Source: a virus
DNA: 64,000 bases
Virus record (IMG/VR): IMGVR_UViG_3300045988_136394
Coordinates: 49,940-113,939 of that record
Strand: one strand, 5' to 3'
The notes under the pieces are model-generated. The model made no database searches. It was given only the letters and a program-made list of their open reading frames with translations, and was not told the origin of the DNA. Below, piece after piece: positions 1-10,893 of the stretch; positions within the stretch are counted from its first letter, which is position 1; each line of letters opens with the position of its first letter. A program made the position numbers and the translations under genes.

Positions 1-249
1 GCTTCCGACCATGTTGGTTCATTACTTCCACTTGTACCAGCATTTTTAGATACTAATTTAGTATGCAATCCAAAAGGATAAAGTAATACAGAATTTTTAG
101 GATATGCTGTATTCGGTTGCCAAGAAAATCTTTTTAAAAATTCTGCATGCTGTTGCAATGTATTTTCCCAACCATTAATATTTTTAGCCATTACAATGTC
201 GTTATCTGTGTCATGCCATAAATGAGCGATGTAATCAGTAATTTTCATA
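1..249 (-). CDS. Start of a tail-fibre-like protein; ATG at 249 and the ORF runs off the window start (MKITDYIAHLWHD...NAGTSGSNEPTW)
   Basis: Open minus-strand frame from ATG at 249 to the window edge. Lies downstream of the baseplate genes. Confidence 0.35.
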
Positions 250-258
250 ACAATATTA

Positions 259-1176
259 TTAGCCATTTGTTCCAACCTCCCGAATATTAATTCGATGTTC
301 AATCATAGTATCTAAAGCAATAGGAATATAAACAGGATCATTAGAAAGAATTAAATCTTTCCCATCTAAAAATTTAATATTAGTGATTAATTTTATTTCT
401 TCCCAATTTTCAATATTATATTGGATTCTTAAATACCCACCAGTAATAATTTTTTGAACAAAATTTGTTATCTTATAAGTATCATTTATAAGAACTGCCT
501 GTATTTCTTCCCCTGTAAATGTTTTTAATTTATTAAGCATTAATGGAGTCAAGGATTGCACCTCCTCAGATTTTAATTTTGCTAATTCTTGAACACTTAT
601 AATAGGTTTTTGACCTACTTTCCATTTACCACCTAAAATATAATTCCACCACCATTTTTGTTGATAAATTTCTTCGCCAACTTCAATCGTATTTGGAATA
701 AATGGAACATTGATAAATACAATGTTTGCAGGTTTTATTTTATTTATAGTAGCAATACTTTCCTTATAAATAAAAGAATTAGAAGCATTACTTTTAATGT
801 ATAAGGTATAATTCGGATAATCCATTTCTATTTCATAATTATTTTTTCCAAATAAAGAGTCTAATTTTTGACGAAGATAAATCATTGTATAATAGGATAA
901 TGTTTGTATCCTATTTAATAATCTAAATCTTCTTTCCTCCAATGTTTCTGTTTCCGGATCTGCAACTATTTGGAATAATTGTTCATAAGCATAAATACCA
1001 TCTTCATCTGCGTATGCAATAAATTGATTATTTTTTGCTTTATTTAATAACAAGTATAAGTTATTCCAAATATCATTTTCAACTTTAATTAATTCATCTG
1101 TTTCTAAAATACCTTCATAATAACGAGGAAAATAACGACCAATTCTAGTTCTGTATAAACCATACCTATTGTTCAT
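259..1176 (-). CDS. Phage tail/baseplate protein (XkdU/gpI-like position)
   Basis: 305 aa ORF. Start overlaps the upstream baseplate J gene and sits in the baseplate-fibre gene order. Confidence 0.4.
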   Translation of the reverse strand: MNNRYGLYRTRIGRYFPRYYEGILETDELIKVENDIWNNLYLLLNKAKNNQFIAYADEDGIYAYEQLFQIVADPETETLEERRFRLLNRIQTLSYYTMIYLRQKLDSLFGKNNYEIEMDYPNYTLYIKSNASNSFIYKESIATINKIKPANIVFINVPFIPNTIEVGEEIYQQKWWWNYILGGKWKVGQKPIISVQELAKLKSEEVQSLTPLMLNKLKTFTGEEIQAVLINDTYKITNFVQKIITGGYLRIQYNIENWEEIKLITNIKFLDGKDLILSNDPVYIPIALDTMIEHRINIREVGTNG

Positions 1177-2332
1177 CTAGACTCACCGTACCTAATACAG
1201 GAATTTCTTGTAATGAACTTGTTTCTGTTAATTTAATATCTGTGTCTGTTTCATTTAATTTTAATTCATAGGCACTAGATACACCTTTAACATTTAGAAT
1301 AGCAAAATTAATTCTACCTAAATAAACAGTTACAGAATAATTATTTTCATCGTCACTATTTTCCCAAGCTTCTCTTAAAGACAAAAGATAATTTTCTAAA
1401 GCAGCTTTAATATCAGGCATCAAAGTTTCTAATTTATATCCTGGCAATAAAGTGATTTTTCCAGACACATTAATTGTTCTAGGTAATGGAGTGCTTACTG
1501 TTACTTTATGCCCAATGGGAGCAATACCTAACCCTAAACCAGTTTCCCCGCCAGAATTTTCCGGATCGAATTTTTCTAAAATAGTTTGACAAAATTCTGA
1601 AGAACAAGAATTGTAATCTGTATCAATAATACTTAACTTTACAGTTCCTCCGCCTGCCCATACAGGATAAACTTGAACGCCACCAATGCCCGGAATTTCT
1701 TTAGCCCATTGCCGATACTGTGCAATATTACCACCAAACGCTGTTTTCATTAAATTAGCTAAAAATCTTTCTCTTAGAGAATCATCTGATTCTTCTTCTT
1801 CTCCCGGATAAAGTAAAGTAGTAATTTCAGCACTTGCCAACTTTTCAATATAATCATTAGGAACGATTCTACCTATATAACTATTTCCCACGCTACCAAC
1901 AGTATTGCATTGCATAACATAACTTCCGGGTACTACATCACCATCTTCATTTGCGTATACCTGTACTGCGGTATAATTTAAGATAGTATCTCCAACGGTT
2001 GAAAAAGATTGTCCAATAGAAATTTGACAAGGTTCATCCAGCTGTGTTTTAAATACTCCTAATTTTTTAGCGTATGTTGCGGGATCTCGAGTTATACCCC
2101 CCTCTATTACACGCCCATCAAGCCATAATCCATTTGCAGTTTCGATATATGTTTGTTCGATAATATCAGCTAAATATAATATGTGTTTTGCGGCTTCATA
2201 ACAACATGGTGATAAAGCATCCCGAATAATCGAACCTTCTCGTTTATCAACATTATCTGGAACTTTGCTTAATGCTTCCGTTAAAATATACTCATAGGTA
2301 TACTTTTGCAGGTATTCACTTAAAACATTCAT
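1166..2332 (-). CDS. Baseplate J-like protein
   Basis: 388 aa. Positioned after the gp25-like gene and before the fibre genes, the usual J position and size. Confidence 0.55.
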   Translation of the reverse strand: MNVLSEYLQKYTYEYILTEALSKVPDNVDKREGSIIRDALSPCCYEAAKHILYLADIIEQTYIETANGLWLDGRVIEGGITRDPATYAKKLGVFKTQLDEPCQISIGQSFSTVGDTILNYTAVQVYANEDGDVVPGSYVMQCNTVGSVGNSYIGRIVPNDYIEKLASAEITTLLYPGEEEESDDSLRERFLANLMKTAFGGNIAQYRQWAKEIPGIGGVQVYPVWAGGGTVKLSIIDTDYNSCSSEFCQTILEKFDPENSGGETGLGLGIAPIGHKVTVSTPLPRTINVSGKITLLPGYKLETLMPDIKAALENYLLSLREAWENSDDENNYSVTVYLGRINFAILNVKGVSSAYELKLNETDTDIKLTETSSLQEIPVLGTVSLDEQ

Positions 2333-2730
2333 TTTTTCACCTCCAAAGTTATTGGCAATACGCCAGATTCAGTTTGTAAATCTAAAGTAATTGACATATA
2401 GTCAAGTCCTTCTTGTGTAAACTGTAAATTACTAATAGCGTAAATTCGAGAATCTGCTAATAAACAATCTTCCAAAGCTCTCTGTAAGTCTGCTTGAATA
2501 TAATCAAAATCTTTACCGATATACTTTTCTAATTCAATTCCATAATTTTTAGAATAAATAACATAAGCATATCTTTCAGTATCGAAATTTTTCATTATTG
2601 CTTGTTCAATAGCAGACTGTCCATCTGTTGTACCTATAATTCGTTTATTATAATTATCAACCTTATAGGTTCTTGTAACTTCATTTTGCCCTATTTGATT
2701 TACAATAATATTGCGATTTGTGGGTATCAT
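2329..2730 (-). CDS. Baseplate wedge protein, gp25/GPW-like
   Basis: 133 aa with a gp25-like pattern (..ERYAYVIYSKNYGIELEKYIG..LQRALEDCLLADSRI). Confidence 0.5.
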   Translation of the reverse strand: MIPTNRNIIVNQIGQNEVTRTYKVDNYNKRIIGTTDGQSAIEQAIMKNFDTERYAYVIYSKNYGIELEKYIGKDFDYIQADLQRALEDCLLADSRIYAISNLQFTQEGLDYMSITLDLQTESGVLPITLEVKK

Positions 2731-3128
2731 GGTATTCCCTCCACCCTTTGCTGAATTAAAAATTTCTGTCCATTATTAAATCTAATTAAAATAACTCTGT
2801 CGCCGGGATTCAAGCCACGCCATAATTGTATCTCAGGAAGCTCTTCTGTGGTATTGTGCATACCATTATGAATAGCTTGATGTTTATGCTTTACTTGTCC
2901 TTTTTCCGGAAAAGGAATCTTAATTATTGTTTCCTTACATAAAGCTCCGACAACTAATTGATTTTCACCTAATGTCGTTCTCGAATCTAATTGTACACTT
3001 AAAGGAGAAACAGAAAGCACTGTTCCGTATACACAATCAGACATATCGGAACTTTGAGCTCTCTGTTTTACCATTTTTCGCGTTATACTTAGAATCCGAA
3101 CAACTCCAGAATCTTCCATATTAAACAC
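2727..3128 (-). CDS. Phage tail/baseplate protein (XkdR-like position)
   Basis: 133 aa ORF in the baseplate operon, with overlapping (coupled) start and stop. Confidence 0.35.
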   Translation of the reverse strand: MFNMEDSGVVRILSITRKMVKQRAQSSDMSDCVYGTVLSVSPLSVQLDSRTTLGENQLVVGALCKETIIKIPFPEKGQVKHKHQAIHNGMHNTTEELPEIQLWRGLNPGDRVILIRFNNGQKFLIQQRVEGIP

Positions 3129-4110
3129 CTACATCCAAACTATATTGACTTAAATTTAATTTAACTATGTGCTCATTATTTTTCCAAGTGTGCGAACAAT
3201 CTGTTGCAATATATTCCTGCATATTAACAAATCCAGCTTTAGTTAGAGGGTCTAATTTAACGGTTAACCAATTTCCAGCTCTAAAAGAATAGGGTAAACC
3301 AACACACTCAACTCTTAAAGATTTTAATTCCCTATTTTTAACCTTCAAAAGAGCATCGCCTCTTTGTTTGATTTGATTTTCAGTTGCTGTTTTATCTACT
3401 TTTTCGTAATATTGCAATATGCCCCATTTACGCTGATTTTCATCATCCTGAGCCACATAAACTTTACGAACTCCTTCTTTCGTATTGTCTTGTACTAATT
3501 TTACACGATTATATGAATCCCTGTCAATGTTTTTCTTAAAATTGTAACCTGTAATATTTAAATCGTCTGAAATGTAGTAGTTTGTTTTTGTTGATAATAA
3601 ACTGATTTGTTCTAATGTACCATAATTATCTCTTAGAATAAACCAATTTTGTATATTCACTAACGCTTCGTCATAGCCATAATTAATTATTGAATACAAG
3701 GATTTTCCATCATGAACTCGTGGAGAAACTTCCCATGAACAATCATCAACTATTTTGTAAGTAAATTTCCAGTCTTCACAAATAGCTTTAAAAATCTGAG
3801 TTGCTGTCTTTCCGGAAAAGACATAGGATTCTTTATTTTTTAAATAAAAAACTTGATCAACAGCTTCATAAGTAATAGTATCTTCAGAAGCTGTCATATT
3901 AACAACATATCCATAGAAAATTGGTATATCGTCAATTCTTAAATTAACTGTGGTTGCAAATTCTAAAATTAATTCAATATTATTAGGTACGGAGAATCTT
4001 AATTTTCCAGGCTGTTCTAGCAATGTCGTTGTCCAAGATATATCAAAGACAACTTGAGAAATTTCAAAAACTTTAGTATTCGGAAGTTGTACAGCTAATA
4101 AAATATTCAT
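3121..4110 (-). CDS. Phage tail protein (XkdQ-like position)
   Basis: 329 aa ORF between the tape measure and baseplate genes. Confidence 0.35.
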   Translation of the reverse strand: MNILLAVQLPNTKVFEISQVVFDISWTTTLLEQPGKLRFSVPNNIELILEFATTVNLRIDDIPIFYGYVVNMTASEDTITYEAVDQVFYLKNKESYVFSGKTATQIFKAICEDWKFTYKIVDDCSWEVSPRVHDGKSLYSIINYGYDEALVNIQNWFILRDNYGTLEQISLLSTKTNYYISDDLNITGYNFKKNIDRDSYNRVKLVQDNTKEGVRKVYVAQDDENQRKWGILQYYEKVDKTATENQIKQRGDALLKVKNRELKSLRVECVGLPYSFRAGNWLTVKLDPLTKAGFVNMQEYIATDCSHTWKNNEHIVKLNLSQYSLDVGV

Positions 4111-4967
4111 TACAGTATACCCGATATTTTATTTACCGCTGTTTCGGATACCCAACCAATCCAACGGTCTTCATTATCAGTTATATGGATTGCTCCATTA
4201 TTATCGAAATCTAAAAGATTTACGTAACAGCCAGTTTTATTCTTAACATACCTATCTACAAACTGCATAGCTGGATCTTTATAAATTGTACCTGTTACAC
4301 TTACTTCATCCCCCATTGTTAAGGCCTCGGATTCATCTGTTCTTAATCCACCAGTATCAACAGTTATTGTACCATCTTCATCAACGGTAGCGTTATTAAC
4401 TGCATAAATCTGATAAACCTTAAATTCGATATCATAATATGGATCTGGATCTGCTTCCTTCCAATCATAATCGAATTTTTCAATAGATACAAGCTTATTA
4501 AATCCAACAGCAAGTCCAGTAATAATTAACCTTACAGGTTCTTTGCTATCTCTAATCTTACTAAATAAACTTACATAAAATGAAGGTTCATGAAATTGTG
4601 CTTTATTTTGCCTATCTAAAATTTGCTTAATTAATGCAGTATAAAAAGTTTGTTCTGAATTGCCTGTTAGCACATATGGATAGTTCTGTGTTTCTATTGT
4701 TGGGAAAAAACAACTAAATCCAATCGTGCTTAATTTAGGATTTTTTAAAACATTTATTTCTCCTAATGATACAATAGGGTATGTTTTATTATTTCCCGGA
4801 GTAGCGATTTTTAAGTCTGAAGGATTTACAGGAATTTGCACTGTATCTCCTTTATACACAATAAATATCTTTACATCGCCTCTAGCCCTACTTATAGAAT
4901 CCGAATTTGGAGAAAGGCTCTCAAGAAGTGTGGTAGTATCACTTATTTTTCCGGATTGTGCAACCAT
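4110..4967 (-). CDS. Phage tail protein (XkdP-like position)
   Basis: 285 aa ORF immediately after the tape measure gene. Confidence 0.35.
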   Translation of the reverse strand: MVAQSGKISDTTTLLESLSPNSDSISRARGDVKIFIVYKGDTVQIPVNPSDLKIATPGNNKTYPIVSLGEINVLKNPKLSTIGFSCFFPTIETQNYPYVLTGNSEQTFYTALIKQILDRQNKAQFHEPSFYVSLFSKIRDSKEPVRLIITGLAVGFNKLVSIEKFDYDWKEADPDPYYDIEFKVYQIYAVNNATVDEDGTITVDTGGLRTDESEALTMGDEVSVTGTIYKDPAMQFVDRYVKNKTGCYVNLLDFDNNGAIHITDNEDRWIGWVSETAVNKISGIL

Positions 4968-4973
4968 TTTATC

Positions 4974-6689
4974 CTACTCCTCTCCAACACTTAAATTATA
5001 GGCATTTTCAAACATATCCGCCAAATCATCTGCAATTTGTCCTACATCTGCATTTTGATGCACATCTCCAAACACAACTCTCATAATTGGACGCATTGTA
5101 GTATACCTATTCACAAATTCTATTGCCTGAGATTCTTTGATCCACTTAATACTATCTTCATCAAGACTAATTTTACCACCTTTAACATTTTTTACTTCTC
5201 CAACAGTATCAAGATCCGTAATAGGTTTAGCTTTAACTCCACCAGTAGCTCCAACACCATTTGGATTAAATGTATTTTTCATGGTATTTAAAAAACTGTC
5301 TATTTTAGTGTTAGTATCTTTAGCAAAATTAGTTCCCCAATCATAACCTGATTTATAACTAGCTCCTACATCTTCCATCGCAAACATACTTACATAACCA
5401 ATTTTTTCTTTACCTAATTTATCTAAAACAAAATTCATTCCTCGAAGAATTATGTTATTAAATAGTAAGATAAAATAATCGGCAACCATTTTTACTAAAT
5501 TCATAAAGGCTGTTTTCATTGCATTAATACCACCCATAATAACTCCAAAAGCTTCCGGAAAAGCTAAAAATAATTTCATTAACATTCCGACGGCGGCTAC
5601 TACGAGCAATACTTGCCAATTCATAGCAATAAAACTTAATGCCAACGCAGCGGCTCCAGGAAGCGCTGCTGCAATATTACGAACTAATATAACAAGAGAA
5701 ACGCCTGCAATGTAGCCTAAAATTCCAGCTAATATATCAAAATTTTCTACAAGTGTTTGAATCATTCCTACGCCGCTGGTACTAATGCCAGTAAATATTT
5801 CATCCATTCCAATTAGCAGACTATTTCCAGCCATCGTCATAGCTTGACCGAATGTTATAGGAAGTTCATTAAATTTATTTTCAATTTCTGTAGCTTTTTG
5901 AAAAACTGCATTCTTAATTACTTCAGCAGTTATTTCCCCATTTTTTTGTGCTTCTTTAAAAGCTGCATCATCAAGTCCCATATAATTTTGTATAGCTTTT
6001 TTAATTAAAGGAGCAGATTCGCGAATAGTACGCATTTCATCGCCTTGCAATCTTCCAGAGGCCATAGCTTGTGTGAGCTGATACATGGCCGCTTTTTGTT
6101 CTTGTGGTGTACTACCACCAACAAGGAAAGCCTTATTTACTAACTCAGTAAAAGCTATTAATTCATTGTTATTTGCAAAAGCGTGTCCTGCAAGAATACC
6201 CATACGACCAATAACTCGGCTTGTAGCTAAATAGTCAGCTCTTGATCTTTGTGCAGAATCATAAATATCTCTGGATAGTTGATCTTGTGTTCTTAAACCA
6301 TCATTAATAATATTTAATCTCGCTGCATTTAACATTAAGGCATCGCCTATATCTGTTACACGTCCAATTTCTGAAATGGTACTTTTCAACAAATACACAC
6401 CAGCTAATAATTCTGTTAAAGGATTCATTGCATTTGAAAATACGTTTCCAATAGGATTTTCATCTTTAAAGCCAAGCCCCTTAATTAAATTCTGAGAACG
6501 ATTAACATCAGAATTAAAATCTTTAAGTAAAGCATTAGCTTTTGATATATCCCGCGAAGCTGCTTTAAATAGACTCGCTTCGCCCGGCGTTTGATTTAAT
6601 GCCGTTAAAGTAAGACGAAGCGAGGCTAAAACCTTATTTAGCACAGGGGACATTTGATCGTTTAAATATAATGTATTCCTGACTTCCAT
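4974..6689 (-). CDS. Tail tape measure protein
   Basis: 571 aa with a coiled-coil N-terminus and a central hydrophobic block (ILAGILGYIAGVSLVIL...). Follows the chaperone and its frameshift extension. Confidence 0.65.
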   Translation of the reverse strand: MEVRNTLYLNDQMSPVLNKVLASLRLTLTALNQTPGEASLFKAASRDISKANALLKDFNSDVNRSQNLIKGLGFKDENPIGNVFSNAMNPLTELLAGVYLLKSTISEIGRVTDIGDALMLNAARLNIINDGLRTQDQLSRDIYDSAQRSRADYLATSRVIGRMGILAGHAFANNNELIAFTELVNKAFLVGGSTPQEQKAAMYQLTQAMASGRLQGDEMRTIRESAPLIKKAIQNYMGLDDAAFKEAQKNGEITAEVIKNAVFQKATEIENKFNELPITFGQAMTMAGNSLLIGMDEIFTGISTSGVGMIQTLVENFDILAGILGYIAGVSLVILVRNIAAALPGAAALALSFIAMNWQVLLVVAAVGMLMKLFLAFPEAFGVIMGGINAMKTAFMNLVKMVADYFILLFNNIILRGMNFVLDKLGKEKIGYVSMFAMEDVGASYKSGYDWGTNFAKDTNTKIDSFLNTMKNTFNPNGVGATGGVKAKPITDLDTVGEVKNVKGGKISLDEDSIKWIKESQAIEFVNRYTTMRPIMRVVFGDVHQNADVGQIADDLADMFENAYNLSVGEE

Positions 6690-6711
6690 AGGCTAACCTC
6701 GCTATCTTTTA

Positions 6712-6897
6712 TGTTTTCGTTTTCTTTTGTAATTCAGCATCTTGTTTAGCGGCGATTTCAATAAATGCCAGCACACAGGCTTTTTCTGAAATTGGCAAAT
6801 TTAGATATTCAGAAGGCTTCCAATGAAGTCTTCTGAAACACCAAAATGCTGCCACTGTATCGGAATCTCCTTCTTTAAAGAGCTGTTTTACTTTTTT
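6712..6897 (-). other. -1 frame extension of the tail assembly chaperone (G/GT-like frameshift product)
   Basis: The -1 frame is open for about 58 codons from the slippery site to a TAA at 6709-6711, just before the tape measure start. It has no start codon of its own. Confidence 0.5.
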
Positions 6898-7277
6898 GCT
6901 GTGTCAACAGCCTCTTCACCATAGCCAGAATGTTGCATGATTTTATTTGCAATAAATTCAATTTCGCCGGGTTTAAATTTAGCTTTAACAAATTCCGTTG
7001 GAACTGTAACACCACCTAAAACAGCCGGGTCACGGAAATTAGGGTTTACACAGCCAATAGCCATTAAGCTACTGGATAATGCCATGTTATCAACTGTTGG
7101 TTCACCTTTTGCATTAATTTTAATTGCCTTAGCTCTAGCTTCTTGCCATTCATCGGCATCAATAGCTCTAATAGTAATTGTTATTCCTGCAAGCTCACCC
7201 TTTAAAGCAATTTCTTTTGTATCACGTATATCACGATTTCGAATAAGATCTAAAAGTTCCATTATAATAACCTCCAA
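6888..7277 (-). CDS. Tail assembly chaperone (XkdN/gpG-like)
   Basis: 129 aa between the tube and tape measure genes, with a 3' slippery site. Confidence 0.55.
   Translation of the reverse strand: MEVIIMELLDLIRNRDIRDTKEIALKGELAGITITIRAIDADEWQEARAKAIKINAKGEPTVDNMALSSSLMAIGCVNPNFRDPAVLGGVTVPTEFVKAKFKPGEIEFIANKIMQHSGYGEEAVDTAKK
6891..6897 (-). promoter_or_regulatory. Slippery heptamer A_AAA_AAG for a -1 programmed ribosomal frameshift
   Basis: Minus-strand GCA AAA AAG TAA at the 3' end of the chaperone ORF. Confidence 0.5.
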
Positions 7278-7757
7278 TTAAATTTCCGGATTAGGGCTTG
7301 AAAAGTAATCTAAATATTCAAAGTCGGAGAATGTGCAAGTCATAGACTCTTCCAAAACTTCGCTTTCAACATCTAATTTTGCCAAGACCCCTTCATCAAT
7401 ATTGCAGTAATAGAATGCAGACACCTGTTTTCCGATTGTGGTAGTTGGGTCATTATTCTTGATAGTAATAGTGAAATATAAATCTTTACCTGTTTTAGCG
7501 TATTCACGCATAAGTTTACGAAATACAGAAGAAACATAGTAAAGAGTAAATTCACCTTTACCAGACCAGCCAGAAGATTTATGTTGCGCCCCACGAAAAC
7601 CAAGAGAACGAAATTCTTTCTTGCGTTTTGTGAAAGTCATTGTACAATCCTTAATCATAAACAATTCTGTAAGAACACCGTCAACAACCATAGTTGCCCA
7701 ACCTTCTTGACCGGAAACGGCATCGCCAGCTCGTAAATAATCATACTCCTGTGACAT
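7278..7757 (-). CDS. Tail tube protein
   Basis: 159 aa directly after the sheath gene. Confidence 0.55.
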   Translation of the reverse strand: MSQEYDYLRAGDAVSGQEGWATMVVDGVLTELFMIKDCTMTFTKRKKEFRSLGFRGAQHKSSGWSGKGEFTLYYVSSVFRKLMREYAKTGKDLYFTITIKNNDPTTTIGKQVSAFYYCNIDEGVLAKLDVESEVLEESMTCTFSDFEYLDYFSSPNPEI

Positions 7758-7774
7758 TATTTAATCCTCCCTTC

Positions 7775-9109
7775 TTAACGACGAATAGTTACTGTCATAT
7801 ACAATTTTTCCATTGAATCAACAGGCTGTAAATACAATTCAACTACAACTTCGTCAAGGTTAGCACCTTGTCTGATTGTAATGTCTGTAGAGCCGTCAAA
7901 ATTCTGAATAGCGCCCATTTTTTGAAGTTTATTTAAGTAATCAACGATATCAGCTTTAAATATTTCTCGACCATCATCATTATTATTCTGTTTACCTAAA
8001 TAACTCTTTTCAAATAATAAACGAATATCATTATTAATTTGATCAATGGTACGAATTACTCTGTTTTTACTAAAAGAATAATCTTTTAGTGCAGTAAACG
8101 TATGCAATGTATTAATATCCTGTTCAACAACAACAACGCCATCTTGGCGAGAAGAAAGAATAAATTTACCCCTTCTTAAAGCATCAATAATTTGTTCATG
8201 TGTCAATTGATTAATGATTTCTGTTGCATCTTCAAAAGCATAATAAGTTAAAGATTTATTAATTGCACAACCTGCACTCATACCAGTTACACGAGCCACA
8301 AAAATAGGAACTGTAATCTCATACTGAGCGGATATATAACCTTGATTAAGAGTAGAAATAATACCCTCTGTATCTGCATCAATATTATTTAAAACGGCCT
8401 GAACTTTCGTTCCGGTTGTTTCTCTCATATAACTGATAAAGGATTTTACTTGAGCGTGTATTTCAGTTGATGTTTCGAGTGGGATACCCATTGTATTCCA
8501 TTTTGCAGTTTTCAGTAATTCAAAATAACGAGTATAATTAGAATTAACTACAGTCCCATTTGTGCCATCTTCCAATTCCCCGCCCGCATCAGCTGTTAAA
8601 GATGCTGAACTTGTACCACTAAAATCAACAAAATCATTATTTTCGATATCGCCTACAGTAGTCCCTGTCTGTGTATCCTTAACAATTCCATTAAAAGTAG
8701 TAATAACATCGAATGCAGACCCATTTTCAACCACGGAAACGGCAATTTTATTTCCGCCAACACCTGCATATTTCGCAGTAGCCGTAAGATTGTTTAAAAT
8801 AAGCTTTGCTTTAGTGCCTCCAGTATCCATACGGAAAAGCAAAACTTTAGAACAATCTGTCAAAACTTGCTGATATATTAAAGATTCTTCATCCATAATA
8901 TTACAGCCAATAATACTTTCACAGGAGCCATCTAAAAGTTGTTCTGGAGTTAAACTAATTAATACATCATTAGCGCCAAAGTTCATTTGAATTGGTAATG
9001 TAGCAATTCCACGATCGCCTACCATATTCAAAGGCTGAGATGCACTTTGAAAATTAATATAAGCACCCGGACGAACTTTATTCATAGCTTCAAAAGTTCC
9101 ACCTGCCAT
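7775..9109 (-). CDS. Contractile tail sheath protein
   Basis: 444 aa upstream of the tube, in a myovirus gene order. Confidence 0.6.
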   Translation of the reverse strand: MAGGTFEAMNKVRPGAYINFQSASQPLNMVGDRGIATLPIQMNFGANDVLISLTPEQLLDGSCESIIGCNIMDEESLIYQQVLTDCSKVLLFRMDTGGTKAKLILNNLTATAKYAGVGGNKIAVSVVENGSAFDVITTFNGIVKDTQTGTTVGDIENNDFVDFSGTSSASLTADAGGELEDGTNGTVVNSNYTRYFELLKTAKWNTMGIPLETSTEIHAQVKSFISYMRETTGTKVQAVLNNIDADTEGIISTLNQGYISAQYEITVPIFVARVTGMSAGCAINKSLTYYAFEDATEIINQLTHEQIIDALRRGKFILSSRQDGVVVVEQDINTLHTFTALKDYSFSKNRVIRTIDQINNDIRLLFEKSYLGKQNNNDDGREIFKADIVDYLNKLQKMGAIQNFDGSTDITIRQGANLDEVVVELYLQPVDSMEKLYMTVTIRR

Positions 9110-9606
9110 TATTCTTCATCCTCCATTCGTTGAATTTCCAAAACTTGCATTTTAGGTTCTTCAGGCAAAATAAGTTTTGCCTTAATTTTATAATTAACAA
9201 AGAACTGTAAGACATTTTCAATAATTTGATAATTCATCTTACTTGCCTTTGCTTTTCTTGTTACTACTTCATCGCCATCTTGTTTATCTGGAATGTCGAT
9301 TATTCTTAGAATACCAAACAATTTTTCAGCCATATCACGATATTCACTATGCCTACCATAATCAGATTCTTCTAAATAATATTCGACTTTCATTCGATAT
9401 GTTCTCCAAGCCGAAGCAGTCATCCCATTTTCTTGTGTTACATCAATTACAGATAATACGAAAAAGGGCTCTACTGCACCTTCCATTATCTTATTTTTAA
9501 AAATAGTTGGAATTATGGGTGGGTCTACAGAATCATTTTTTAACCGATTTGCAATATTTTTTGCCATTGCACTAATAATGAAATCGCCTTTAATTGGTAT
9601 AATCAT
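9109..9606 (-). CDS. Head-tail joining / tail completion protein
   Basis: 165 aa between the connectors and the sheath. Confidence 0.35.
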   Translation of the reverse strand: MIIPIKGDFIISAMAKNIANRLKNDSVDPPIIPTIFKNKIMEGAVEPFFVLSVIDVTQENGMTASAWRTYRMKVEYYLEESDYGRHSEYRDMAEKLFGILRIIDIPDKQDGDEVVTRKAKASKMNYQIIENVLQFFVNYKIKAKLILPEEPKMQVLEIQRMEDEE

Positions 9607-10073
9607 AATCCTTTTCCTTTATAAAATGCTTTAAATGCAGCTTCAAAGTTGGCTTTAATTGTATCATCATATCTATCAATTGCGATCCGGCACATATGAA
9701 AACCATTTACAAAAGGCTTTTTTAATACTATTCCTGATTTAGCTCCTTTTGTATAAACAAACTTCCCACCAACAAAAATTCCAGGAACAAATCTACCGAC
9801 TTGTTGCCTATGCCCATCTTCCACATATGACGCATATTCTAGTGAATTGAAAATTTGAATATAATAACCTTTAGCAGTTTTAAAAACTTGAGTTAATTCC
9901 CAGCGATTTCTTAAATCCCCTGTCTTAACTGGAGTTAGTGCTTTTGTGTCAGCTAATACCTTCATGGCCTCTTTTAAAAGAAACTGACGACAAAATAAAT
10001 CATAATCTTTTTCTAGGTTCTCAAAATTTTTTAAAAACTTGTCAAAATCTTTATGATCAAATTTTATAGACAT
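9603..10073 (-). CDS. Head-tail joining protein (HK97 gp10-like position)
   Basis: 156 aa, coupled to its neighbours. Confidence 0.35.
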   Translation of the reverse strand: MSIKFDHKDFDKFLKNFENLEKDYDLFCRQFLLKEAMKVLADTKALTPVKTGDLRNRWELTQVFKTAKGYYIQIFNSLEYASYVEDGHRQQVGRFVPGIFVGGKFVYTKGAKSGIVLKKPFVNGFHMCRIAIDRYDDTIKANFEAAFKAFYKGKGL

Positions 10074-10465
10074 TAGGCAAACTCCCTATTTACAAGAGCG
10101 AATTGCTGATGGGAAGTATGCTTTTCAGGTCTACCAGCATAATCTGTATATGTATCTAATACATTTCCATGATCGTCTAGTACATAAGCTTTAATCTTAT
10201 CACCTTTACGAATATCATAGGAAGGATCACAAAAAATTCCAATATGCTGATTTGTTGGGTTTATTAATAATGAATCTTCTTCCGGTAAATCTTGATAATT
10301 CAAACTAATTTTACAAGGAATTTTTGTATAAATAGGCTGAACGGATTGTTCATTTGATACAGTAAAGTCCTCCCCCATAGTTAAACCTAACCGATAAACT
10401 TCCATTCTGTCTTTATACATTAATGATTTAAAGAGTTTTCTTGTAAAACCAATTTTTATCACCAT
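10073..10465 (-). CDS. Head-tail adaptor
   Basis: 130 aa. Confidence 0.35.
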   Translation of the reverse strand: MVIKIGFTRKLFKSLMYKDRMEVYRLGLTMGEDFTVSNEQSVQPIYTKIPCKISLNYQDLPEEDSLLINPTNQHIGIFCDPSYDIRKGDKIKAYVLDDHGNVLDTYTDYAGRPEKHTSHQQFALVNREFA

Positions 10466-10893
10466 ACTAACCTCCGAAATTTCTTCAGTTGGGATTCATA
10501 ATCTAAAACAACAGTATCTAAATTAGCTTGATGACTTCTTAAATTCTTGTTATATATAGAGGTATCGCTACCACTTCCAAAGGTTATAGTAGTATCCCCT
10601 ACTCTTATAGAGTTGATATTGCCTGTATTCACATCTGGCTCGGCTTCTTCCTCCTCACCTTCTACAGAAACAGTTGTTGCCTTTATAAACTCATCTTCAT
10701 ACCTAAATAAGTCAACTACCATATTCGCAAAAGTATAAGTTAATTCTTTAGGAATCTCATTAATATTACAATAATTTAAAATAGTCTGTTCTATTTCATC
10801 TACTGTTATTTTTAGTAAAGGCTCGGAGGGTGTATCCGCTCCGAGCTTTACTTTTACAATGTCCGTAACTAAAGATTTATCAACAGTTTTCAT
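10459..10893 (-). CDS. Head-tail connector (gp6-like position)
   Basis: 144 aa after the capsid gene. Confidence 0.35.
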   Translation of the reverse strand: MKTVDKSLVTDIVKVKLGADTPSEPLLKITVDEIEQTILNYCNINEIPKELTYTFANMVVDLFRYEDEFIKATTVSVEGEEEEAEPDVNTGNINSIRVGDTTITFGSGSDTSIYNKNLRSHQANLDTVVLDYESQLKKFRRLVW

